A stretch of DNA of 63,228 nt, filler included, from Reticulomyxa filosa (lineage: Eukaryota > Protista > Foraminifera), in NCBI GenBank assembly GCA_000512085.1. It is 17 parts of 17 records of this genome, joined end to end, with 100 filler letters (N's around TTAATTAATTAA, not from the genome) between each part and the next. Parts side by side here need not be neighbours in the genome. Positions count along the whole stretch, not along the records: positions 52,271 to 53,899 come from ASPP01045278.1; positions 54,000 to 58,183 come from ASPP01042144.1; positions 58,284 to 59,559 come from ASPP01029178.1; positions 59,660 to 60,659 come from ASPP01035402.1; positions 60,760 to 63,228 come from ASPP01015749.1; 12 more parts are not named here. One strand, given 5' to 3'. The position numbers were made by a program, and so were the translations under genes. Below are positions 52,171 to 63,228 of the stretch, one piece after another. The notes beneath the pieces were generated by a model. The model ran no database searches, was not told where the DNA came from, and saw only the letters and a program-made list of their open reading frames with translations. Each line of letters starts with the position of its first letter. The first letter of the stretch is position 1.

Positions 52171-52322
52171 NNNNNNNNNNNNNNNNNNNNNNNNNNNNNN
52201 NNNNNNNNNNNNNNTTAATTAATTAANNNNNNNNNNNNNNNNNNNNNNNNNNNNNNNNNNNNNNNNNNNNTTTTTGTTGTGTTCGTTTGATTTTTTTTTT
52301 TTTTTTTTTTTTTTTGGCAAAG

Positions 52323-53880
52323 GACGCCGCAATCTTCCGTGGTGCTCTTGGAAAAATTGATGAGTTCAGAAAAAACAATGATGGAAAGTTTCCCAGCATT
52401 CGAACACTGTTGAAAATGTTTAAAGTTGGATTCCCAAAGGCACATGCGATTTTGAGATACTACGCACACAAAAGAGGAATAATAGTTTGGGTGATACGGT
52501 CAAACAGTAGCAACAAAAAGAGAGAAGTTTTTACAAAACAAAAAGGGGAGGAGAGATGAAAAGTGATTAGATAAAAAAAATGATTGAACACGTAAGCATA
52601 TAACATAAAATAGTATGCAGAGATACTGAACACTCCACGGGTACGAGCAAATTAAAAGTTATGAATTAATTGGCATGGACAATTTTTTTTTTGTAGAAGT
52701 TTGTAAAAGACGAATAATGTTTGTCCCGTCTTGTTGTGGCTCAAACAAATCAAAAAAAAACTTTACACACAATACAAAACACGAAATGCAAAACAAAAAA
52801 AAAAAAGAAAATGAATGAAAAATGGTGGGTTCTCGGAAGGTAAAAGCAGCAACAGAAACAATAGTGATTGTGGACATGGAAACGTAGACAATGGAAATAA
52901 AGACAAAGAAGACGAAGAGAAGAAGGGCAAGGTCGGTACATGTATGTTGTTGCCTGGTGTGGATACCACAAATGCAAGACAATTTGTCATTGGCAACAAT
53001 GGTTATCACCAACTCGGTAGATCAATATGGACGAGATTTCCAAGGGTCTACGGGAGTTTATGGCAGCAATAATTGGTCATCTCACAGTATTGGCAACAGC
53101 AATGTAATAATGACAAAGCCGACAAATCATTGTAATTCCAATGGCATTGCAGATTCGACACCACCCTGGTTATTAACATGTGCAAATAATAATTCCACAG
53201 TGGAGCAGAGGGACCACCAGAAAAATTCATCATGCACCGTGTTTTCGTTGCCATCACCACAAGATAACGTACACCAGCCGATGTACTTTTCTTGTTATTC
53301 ACCGACATCCGTGCCGATGGTGATGATGAAACTCCATTTGCAAAAATTGACGTTATCCGTAATGGAAGACCTGGATAACAAGGGAACACATTGGCATATC
53401 TGCCAGCAATTGGAGCAAAGTGCCTTAGCGTGGCTAGAACGTGCATGGAAGGATGATGATACGTCCTCCCTGGTGGCCATGGGTCATGCATTTTTCACCT
53501 TGGCAAGTGTTTACTATACAAACCAGCACGAATTCCCCAGTCATGCAGAGCGTGCGTTGGATTATACGAACAAAGCTCTGTGTTTCTTGAAAAAAGTCCA
53601 ACGCAGCCAAAAAAAATTTGACGCGTCGAATCAATGGGTGATCACTCTTAATAGTAGCACATGGAAAAACAAGACGACAGAAACGCCATTGTTCGATAAT
53701 GACTGGGGTCCATACTGGGAATGTATTTGTGAGGCATACATTTTGGGTGGCATTTGCTGCTTGACCAGCACAACTGGCACAATCTCTCATTACTTTAAGA
53801 CAGCTCACAATTTGGTGGAGACTGCATTGCTTACACTCTTCAGTTGTTTTTATATTATAACTTGTTTTGTGTGGAATTAA
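52323..53880 (+). CDS. Fragment of an unidentified protein (winged-helix-like exon plus helical/TPR-like region)
   Basis: Exon DAAIFRGALGKIDEF...PSIRTLLKMFKVGFPKAHAIL and ORF 52891-53880 (AFFTLASVY...ALDYTNKAL). Linkage of the two parts is uncertain. Confidence 0.45.
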
Positions 53881-55176
53881 ACTGGTGATTTTTTGCAAAN
53901 NNNNNNNNNNNNNNNNNNNNNNNNNNNNNNNNNNNNNNNNNNNTTAATTAATTAANNNNNNNNNNNNNNNNNNNNNNNNNNNNNNNNNNNNNNNNNNNNA
54001 TTTTTTCGGAGTAGAAATTATATAATAATTCTATTTTAGAAATGCCAATAAAATATTATTCTTATATCTCTAAGCGTTTGTATTTTGATTCAAATGGTCA
54101 TTTTATTTTATTTATTTTTCCTGCTTATACAACACTCAATATCCACTTCTCAGGTACATAAATATTGGTGCGTTATTATTTTCAATATTGGTAGTGACTT
54201 TTGAAATATCAAAAGTCAAATGAATATCTCTAAAGGCAAATTTTCTTTTGACTATGTTTAATGGCATATTCAAGTAGTTCATTGAAAATAACAAAAAGTC
54301 AAAAAACCAGCTTATTGTTATTGTTCTTTTTTTTACGGCTGGGTAAGGAAAATATTTAATTTCGGATTGTATTGTTTGAAGAAACAATCGTTAGTGATAC
54401 TGATTTGTATAAGACTTTTGACGTCATTGTAAATGCTCCTTTTGCATGATTAATAATTAAAAAAAATTTTTATTTATTTATACAAAGTTCCAATATTCCT
54501 TTGAGCTTGCAACAATCTTTTTTGGAAGACTAAATTGTGTATTTAATAATTGCAAAATAGAAAATTTCTTTTTCTTTCAAGATTTCAAAACTAACATAAA
54601 AACAAGAACACAAACTAATGCAACAAAAAAATTTCACTCAAATTCAAAAATTCAGAAAGTTCTGTTTTCTACTACGCTTTTATCTTTTCTAAAACATCTA
54701 CTCTAAAAATTGTGAAAAATAAAGTGAAATATGTTAGAGTGACTAAGAATGAGTAAACTCAACGAGATTTTCTTTGCTGACTATTTAAAAAACTCGTTTT
54801 CTACTCTAGAAAAATCTACTCCAAAAAAAACTTGAAGCAAATTTGTTGTTATCACTATTGCTCAAAAAAAAATTGAAACAAGATTGTCCTTGAATTTTTT
54901 GGTGGCATAACCAAATTTTTTAATTTGGACTCTTTGTTTCATATCGCTCTCTGCATGTTATTCTTTTCACTGTACTCGTCTGTCAAATTATTTTGTAAGG
55001 AAAAACTTTTTATAAATTAGAGTGAAATTTTGAGAACCGGAATACTACAGCTTCTTTTAAACTTGTTGACGCCCTTAAACATTTTCGGAAGTAGGAAACG
55101 ATACGTGGACAACAACGCTCGGGCGATGTTACAGGGTTAAACACGATCGTTGAACTTCAACTCTAAAAAGAAATCA

Positions 55177-58100
55177 ATGTCTTCACTAAAAAAAGGATTA
55201 AGTGAAGAAGCAATAAAAAGATCACTACTTGGCGAATGTTATAACACGGAGTGGGTATTGTTTTTGCATAAACAAGACGCTCCAGAAGATTTTGAGTGTT
55301 TAATATGCAAGCAAATTACAAACAACGCAGTAAAACTGACTTGTAAAGAGCACGAAGATGCTAGTGAGGAAATGTTTGTTGGTGAGAAATGCCTGAACCG
55401 GTACTTGGAAGAAAACGACAGCCAATGCCCAATCGATGATCATAACCCTTGTAGATACAAGAAAGGGATAACAATACGTAAAAAGATAAATAATTTAACA
55501 GTGATGTGTCCCCGACAATTTGCCAAAGATACAAATGCGGATCTAGAGATGAAACTATGTTGTAAATTTAATGGAAAGATAAAAGACATAAAAGAGCATT
55601 TGGAGGAATCGTGTCCATTGAGGCCTTTGGAATGCAGATTCAAAAAATTTGGTTGTGACGAAATTTTATTCCAATCCAATTTTGGACAGCACTTACAATT
55701 GCAACTGAAGAAACATTTGGATTTGTTGATCTCGCATATTGGCGAACTGCAAAAAGAACTTGAGCACCATCAAACTTGTCAAGTGTCTTTTGTTGTTTTT
55801 TTTTTCAATAAAAAAAATGAGAAATTTCAAAGCAATTAATTAAATCCTTTTTTTGCGTATGCATATTGAAATGAGATTGAAATCAAATAATCAAAAACAA
55901 AAGAGCCAAATAGAAAATCTTCGTTTGGAAAATAAAGAGCAAGCAGCGCAAATTAGAGTGCTAAGAAAAGAAATGGAAAAAATGAATTCCCACCTGTCAC
56001 ACTTGAAAGCAAAAAAAATCTCAAACGAAGAAAACAATGAAAAAGACAAAGAAAAATCAAAAACTGAGGTTTGACAGTAATATTTCAATTTCCTTTTTTT
56101 TGGCTAAAATAACAAATTAACATTTTGACAACAAATGAATATGCATAATAGCAAGACACCTTGAAAGAGAAAGCACAGTCTAAAAGGAAAGCAAGCTCAA
56201 AGACAATGAAAAAAATAATTTCTTTTAATCAGAAATGCTTTGATAAAAATTGGGTGTTGAAATTAAACATACAAGAACAAATTAATAATTTCATTTGTTT
56301 GATTTGCAACCAAGTTGCAAATAATCCAGTTGAAATCAGTTGTGCTCAACATGAAGATATGGATGAAGCATTAATTGCTGGAGAAAATTGCTTAACACAA
56401 TTCCTCAGCAGCAATAACAATACATGTCCTGTTCAATCTCATGATGGCTGCCAGTATTATAAAGTAAAATCAGTACAGAAACACATTAATGAATTGAATG
56501 TGATATGTTATAAACAATTCAAACGAGAGTTGAAAACGACTGAAAGAAATGAAGAAAAGCAAGCATCTGAAGATGTGACAGTGATATGTGGTTTCAAAGG
56601 GAAAGTAAAAAACATGAATGAACATTTAAATTCTTCATGTGCATTTAAAATGTCTAATTGTTGGTTTAAAGAAGTTGGATGTGAATATTCTTGTCTTAAG
56701 AAAGATTTGAAACAGCATCTAATTGAAAACATGGAACAACATTATGAGTTAGTAACTAAGAAAATAAAATCGATGAAGCAGACCATCGAACAACAGATGG
56801 TTATATTTTCTTTTTTTATATTATCACTTTATCAAGATTTACATACAATTGTGATACATTAAATAACAAACAAAGAGCGAAATAAAAGAATTGGGATTGA
56901 AAAATAAAATACTGCAATTAGAAAAAGGATTGAATGAAAAAAAACAAAGTGCATCCGCACACATGAAAACGAACGCAAATAAACGGTTGAGCAAAGAGGT
57001 AATGAAAAAAACTAAACTCAGAACTTTGTTACTGTTGTTATGTATTCATCTTCTTTCACTTCCAGCTCATTTTCTTTTTTATATAAATGAAAAAAGGGAA
57101 AAAAAGAAGAGAAGAAATGGGCAAAATGGTTGAAAGAGAAAAATGAAAAAGATAAAAAAGAAATTATTTCAAAATTTGAAGAATTATCAAATGACGATTT
57201 TGAAGTGTGGTTGTTAAATCACAGCAAATGGAAAAATGATCTCACAAAAGAAAATGCACCTGTAATTTATGCTGTAATCGATGCTCATGTTGTTCGTCAT
57301 TCCAATGATAATGTTTTGTTTTCTCATTTAAAAAAGCAGATTGTTACGCGAAATGTATATCGGGTGTGTTATTTGGTAAATAGGATAATCAAAACAGCAA
57401 AGAAGATGAAGTTAATTTGCACTATTTTTTTTCAATATTTTCAAATCATAGTGGCAAAATATAAATAGTCAACGACACGCGTGGTAGGAAGAGGAGAACA
57501 TATAGAATTAAAAGAATTGGAATTTAAAGAATTTTATCAAAGTACCAATTATTTGGGTTTGGAAAAAAAAGTAATAAAAAATGCATTAGTTGTAATGATT
57601 GCGATTAGTGAATATACTGATAACAGGATATGGAGTAATCTTCCAGATGTAAGAGAGAATATCGAAAACTTCAAACGATTATTTAAAGATGAATTGCATT
57701 ATACATTTGTTTGTAATGAAAACGCTGTGATGAACAAAAAAGATGTTTTTGTCTTTTTAACTGATGTGATTATGACGCACAAACTATATAAAAATACAAA
57801 TAATTACGATGCATTGATAATGATAATATCTGGACATGGAGATAAAGGTGATGCTTTGATAGCAAGTGATGGAAGTGAAATATCAATTTATTCAATTCGG
57901 TCATATTTTGATTGTGAGCACATGATCTCGTTTCAAGACTATCCCAAAATATTTTTCATTGACATTTCTCGTGGCATTATACGTCCTCAAAAAGAAAAAA
58001 AAGGAAGAATCGACACTATGCACAATGGTGATGGCTTTTTAATGACGTGGTCGACAACAAGTGGATATGATGTATGTAGTTTACCATTATTTAGCAAAAG

Positions 58101-58183
58101 CTTAAAACGTACAATTGCTTCCAGATATGAACATAATTCTTTACATCAAATGCTAAGAGAAATTCGAAAAGATATTAAAAAAA
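55177..58183 (+). CDS. Two RING-like/TRAF zinc-finger modules plus C-terminal caspase-like (peptidase C14) domain with catalytic Cys-to-Ser; 3' truncated
   Basis: Duplicated CLIC.Q..NN.V..C..H...GE.CL...CP...H..C and C.F.GK....EHL...C......C.FK..GC........HL modules. C14 motifs NALVVMIAISEY, DALIMIISGHG and PKIFFIDISRG. Confidence 0.85.
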
Positions 58184-58283
58184 NNNNNNNNNNNNNNNNN
58201 NNNNNNNNNNNNNNNNNNNNNNNNNNNTTAATTAATTAANNNNNNNNNNNNNNNNNNNNNNNNNNNNNNNNNNNNNNNNNNNN

Positions 58284-59510
58284 CATTGGCATTAGCATTA
58301 GCATTGGCATTAGCATTAGCATTGGCATTAGCATTGGTATTGGTATTGGTATTGGCATTGGTATTGGCATTGACATTGGCACTAGCATTGGGATTGTTCA
58401 CGTTGACATGATTCGGACTGGGAGTACATTTCAAACGATAGTGTTTGATAAGTTCGATTATAGAGATAATCAAATTGCACAAATTGACTCCACTGTTGTA
58501 CTTGATCAGTTCAGACAGCAATTGATCGACAATGTCGCCGCACGCAAACGAGTGTCGGTTGTCGCCATTGACATCTTCACTATGCGATTCGCTGTACAAT
58601 ACTTCGAAAAGCATACATGAATGAATCAACCCGCGAAATTCGTCTTTCTTTTTTTTTTTTTAAAAAAAAATTAATTAATTAATCAATCAATCGGCTATTT
58701 AATTTGTTCATAAATAAGGCCACAACAAACAAACAAATTAAATGAAACATACCCAATCGGACAAAATAAAGTGTTTGAGCATTTGCAACATAAATGTAGG
58801 ATGGAATTTGGGAAAGATTTTATCATCGTGAGTGTTGTCGGCGTGGTACTGATAACAACACATAATATATCGCATGACATCCATCGTGTGCCGTTCAGCT
58901 TGATTGCGTTTCAAGTATTTGTTAACAAACTCGTCAATCAAATGGTTGATTGAGGCTTGGTCTCCATTCACACCCATAATGTCTTGATTTAATTGAACCA
59001 AGTCTTTCTGTTCGTATTTGTTGATCAACACGCTCAACACTTGCACTTTTGAATGTTTCGACAGCAAGTAAATCAGCTTTGAGCGCGATTCATGACTGGC
59101 CGTTTCTGTTTGCGACTCGAGAGCTTTCCAAATCGGTTTGAATGCTGACACCGGGTATAATTGTTGCAGCAGTCTGGCAATGTCCCGTCCACTGTTTAGC
59201 CAACAATCTTCCTATTTTCTCCGCATACACATACATACATATACATAATATTTATTGTATGTATGTGTATATATATTATGATATATATACAGTTAATTCT
59301 TTCATTTGTAAATTAAGCTAATCAACATTTTTTTGTTTTGTTTTTCTGGCAATTAACAAATTTTTGCATCAGTCGTGAAGCAAAGGCGATTTCTTTTTCT
59401 CGAATCTGTTTGACATCAGCATGTCCATGATTTTCTATCAATCGTAAATATAGACATATGATACTGGCTATCAAATCATTTTCCGTGTTTTGTAGAAATA
59501 ATGAATCTAA
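58284..59510 (-). CDS. Internal exons of an unidentified helical protein
   Basis: Three protein-like exons (about 59380-59510, 58750-59210 and 58284-58640) separated by AT/microsatellite introns. Ends in an (Asn-Ala)n repeat. Confidence 0.55.
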
Positions 59511-59783
59511 CAAGATCTTTTTTTTTTTCAAGTTTCCACACGCACACACACACACAATTNNNNNNNNNNNNNNNNNNNNNNNNNNNNNNNNNNNNNNNNN
59601 NNNTTAATTAATTAANNNNNNNNNNNNNNNNNNNNNNNNNNNNNNNNNNNNNNNNNNNNTGAACACACAGGTATATTATTACACGCATATCTCTTTTGTG
59701 TACATGTATCTTTATTTTTTTGTTTTTGTTGTCGCTGTTATTATTATCCTTGCACTCGATCTCTTAATTGCTTTTAAATCAAA

Positions 59784-60270
59784 GGAAACTCAAAACACGT
59801 TACAATTGGTGGATTCAGTCAAGTTGGGTAACTTATTCTGTTTTGAATTTAATAAATTACTCAATCCATTGTTGTTATTGATGATGGTGATGAATTTATT
59901 TGTATGGTAGGGAGGAGCAATGGCTATGCATGTTGGATATAATTTTAATCGACCGTTGAATGGAGTGGTGAGTCTAAGTGCCTATGCTTTGGTTACCAGC
60001 AATTTCCCTCAAAAAATACATGTAAGCAATCAACAAACACCATGCTTGATTGGACATGGAAAACTTGACCCTGTTGTTCCTTTTCAGTCTGGTGTTGAGA
60101 GCATTAAACGGACTTTGGGAAAAAGTATTAAAAAAATCAAATATTTGACTTATTATGAATTGGGACACGAGGTCAATGAAGAGGAAATTCAACAAGTTAT
60201 TTCTTTTGCATTAGACTCAAATTCTTTCTTTGAAAAAGACTCCAATGCTCCAGCTACAGCCAAATTGTAA
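59784..60270 (+). CDS. Acyl-protein thioesterase/lysophospholipase (APT1/LYPLA family), 3' part
   Basis: GGFSQ|GGAMA nucleophile motif split by intron 59823-59910; HGKLDPVVP (Asp) and LGHEV (His). Ends ...ATAKL*. Confidence 0.9.
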
Positions 60271-60899
60271 TAATTATTTATCCTTTTTTTTGAGTGCATT
60301 CACTTGTTGTAAACATTTTCTTGTTCCACAACTTGGATGAAATACTCTTCCTAAGATGCAATAGTTTAATTGCAACATTACAGATATTTTGCACATATTA
60401 ATTCATCGTAATTCCAAAGTTATCGACGCTATATTTGTCGCTAGTTGTTTTGATAAAAGATCGAAATAAAAGTACTTTGAATGCTAGAATTATATTTTTG
60501 AAGTATGCCAGTTATAACTTGCACCACGATGTTTATGTTAAAGATATAGAGATTAATTTTCGATCACAAAGCAAATATTAATGTATCATCACACAGCTTT
60601 TTACTTGCTTTTTAAATCAAGATTTCAAATTTTTTCCCAATAATGAATTATGAAATGTTNNNNNNNNNNNNNNNNNNNNNNNNNNNNNNNNNNNNNNNNN
60701 NNNTTAATTAATTAANNNNNNNNNNNNNNNNNNNNNNNNNNNNNNNNNNNNNNNNNNNNTTTTTTTTTTTTTTTTTTCGTGCATATAATGTATGTATGTA
60801 TATATATTTATACATGGATAAGATATACATGTACAATACATATATGTAATGCATTTATATGCATGGACAAAAAAAAAAAACCAAAACAAAAAAAAAAAG

Positions 60900-63180
60900 G
60901 ACGAACCAACGTCTAGCATTGACACAGTGTCAAAACGCAAAATATGGGAATTAATTCAAACGTATAAAAAAAATCGACTGATTATATTGACGACCCACGA
61001 CATGAATGAAGGTACCACTTATGCATACATACACATATACATGTACTAAATATAATTACAATAATTATAATTATAATACTTATAATAATAATAATAATAA
61101 TAATAATAAAGCGGACAGCATTGCAGATCGCATTGCAATATTAAATCACGGACGTTTGCGCATTTACGGGAGCTGTTTGTATTTAAAGTCAATGTGTGGG
61201 GTGGGATACAACTTGATTTTTACAATGGATCAAAGCGAACAAGAGAAAGAAGAAAAAGAAAAAGAAAAAGAAAGAGAGACATTGGATGAAGTGATACGTC
61301 GCCATTTGCCGGAAGTTCAACAGTGTCGAATGACGACATTGAAACAAAACATTGGCAGTGCAATGAATCCCAGACAAGCCATAGATATAATGTACAAAAC
61401 GAAATTGCACCATTCCGGATATTTTCCTTCTCTTTTTCAATATATCGACGTTCACAAGCGCGAATTGCACGTCTTGCGTTATGCCGTGTCCGTTACTACT
61501 TTGAACGAGGTGTTTATGAAGATATCCACTGACCACACGTGGGTCGCGCAACCGTCACGTCTGTCCGATTCCAATCTATGCAATCCGACCGAAACAGAAC
61601 AAGGAACAGGAACAGAAATAGGAACAGGAATAGGAACAGGAACAGGAGCAAGAATAGAAATAGAAATGGAAACACAAGTACAATCAGGAATAGACATGGA
61701 CGTTTCAATTCATGAACATAGTGATCAAAAGTTGCAACGTTTGATTGACGCCACGAATGTGATTGTACTTGACGACGACAACAACAACGACGATGAGAAC
61801 AAGAATGGGACTAGTTTGCGTTGCAAGCATTGCGCCAGTGACATATGGCAAATCTTGAAAAAGCGCTATCGTGTCACTTCACGAGATGTTCGTGCATTGC
61901 TGACGACGATTGTCATGCCTGTGCTCAGTTTGTTGTTCAGTTTGTCATTGCTCTCAGCATTGTCGATATTGTCCAAAGATCCAACATCGCTGGCCTTGAC
62001 AGCAAACGTATACCAAACTCCGCTGTTCCTCGCGTACAACAACTTTTCCTTGTTGCAATCCGACAATCAATCCTCCCACCTTTTCAGCGACGTTTTGGAC
62101 AAGATTGCATTGCTCCCCGATGTGCAACTTGTCAGTGTCCCCGACATTCCGTCGCTCGAGTCCATGAACATGTGGATTTATAACATAACGACGTATTCAA
62201 GCTCAACGAATGTAAATGCAAGTGCAAATCGGAGAGACTCCATTGTCCCATCTTCATCCTCGCTCTATTGTGCACTGTATTTGGATCCAGACTCCGATTC
62301 CGTCGTCTTCTTGTATGACAAGAAACAACTCCATATCCTGCCCATTGTGTATACCATTTGGGACACTGCCGTGCTTCAGTCCGTCACCAACTCCACCGAC
62401 ACGCAACTGCACGTATCCTCGTTCCCATTCCCGATGTCGACCAAAGAGAAATGGGTCGTAGCGGTCAGTATGACCACAATGGTCGTTCTCATCGTGTCCT
62501 TGTCCTTCTCGTTCATCCCCACCTCGTTCGCCTATTTTATCGTCAACGAACGCATCTCCACCGTCAAGCATCAGCATTTCATCGCCGGAATGAGCATACT
62601 GTCCTATTGGCTTGCTAATTTACTTTTCGATCTTGCCATCTTTTTGGTTCAGTTTCACTCAAAAATTTACTTTTATATCTGTACATATACAACACATATG
62701 TACATATATGTATACAATACAACATGGATACGTATTATGTATTGATGGACAAAAAAAAAAAAAAAAAAAGTTGTCATCCATTTGCGGTGGAATAATTTTG
62801 TATTGGTTTGAAATCACGTTGTTCAATGGACTTAGCATATGGAGTATAATATTACTGTTTGGAAGCTTTGGCGTATCGATCGTAGCGTTGACGTATTGCT
62901 TGTCGAGTTGCTTTGATAAACCACAGACAGCACAGCTGGTAATTGGGAGGATCTTCGAATTGGGAGGCTTCCTCGTGCTAATGATTGGACTGATTGCCGA
63001 CCAATTATTTCCCAAGAATACCACCGTCCAATGGGCTCTGTCCATATTCCGATTCATGCCCAACTTTGCATTTGCCGAGGCTTTGTTTCGAGTGGCTATG
63101 GCCGAACAAATGAAAGAGCACTTTGTTCATCCCAAAACTTCATTTGCAATGGAATTTTCACAATTTTTTTATTCCAGTGA
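60900..63180 (+). CDS. ABCA-subfamily transporter, middle part (end of NBD1, regulatory region, second TMD)
   Basis: [14 protein letters not shown]...[10 protein letters not shown]|[12 protein letters not shown]...GS..YLK...[17 protein letters not shown]....KHQHFIAG....[13 protein letters not shown]. Introns 61012-61111 and 62647-62770. Confidence 0.93.
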
Positions 63181-63194
63181 AATGGTTTGTTTTT

Positions 63195-63228
<34 letters not shown>

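Noticed and set aside
23013-58183. XKR-WD40, RNF213-like and TRAF-caspase genes as a physical immunity cluster
   Set aside because: They lie on different contigs separated by linkers, so no linkage can be inferred.
3012-60759. Regularly recurring TTAATTAATTAA flanked by N runs as a biological repeat or CRISPR-like array
   Set aside because: It is an identical 100-nt synthetic six-frame-stop linker. ORFs ending in XXX...LIN are artefacts.

Overview
This window is not one contiguous locus. It is 17 short contigs joined by an artificial 100-nt linker (N44-TTAATTAATTAA-N44, stops in all six frames), so adjacency across a linker carries no meaning. The DNA is AT-rich, intron-containing and microsatellite-rich eukaryotic genomic sequence. 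Its style and gene content (TRAF-zinc-finger/caspase-like fusion, RNF213-like giant AAA protein, WD40 fusion, decayed paralogs) suggest a rhizarian protist such as the foraminiferan Reticulomyxa filosa; this is inference, not a database result. Recognisable genes are a D-threonine aldolase/DSD1-like PLP enzyme, a PH-domain protein, DDI1, an SLC35B/PAPS-type transporter, V-ATPase subunit C, an SPX(-EXS) protein, a PAM2-motif protein, a 2xRRM protein, an XK-related+WD40 fusion, a cGMP-dependent kinase, Pumilio, an (F-BAR)-RhoGAP, a DoxX-like protein, an RNF213-like protein, a 2x(RING-TRAF)+caspase-like protein, an acyl-protein thioesterase and an ABCA transporter. There are also LINE remnants, an amino-acid-transporter pseudogene and one intronless, frameshifted, virus-like contig. 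The most interesting signals are: (1) spliceosomal introns ending in long poly(A) tracts directly before the AG instead of a polypyrimidine tract, often with an upstream U tract or palindromic microsatellite that could fold; (2) an animal-like immunity/cell-death toolkit with unusual architectures (Cys-to-Ser pseudocaspase fused to TRAF fingers, XKR-WD40, RNF213-like); (3) a possible decayed endogenous virus or Polinton-like fragment. Exon boundaries were read by eye and all family assignments come from recalled motifs.
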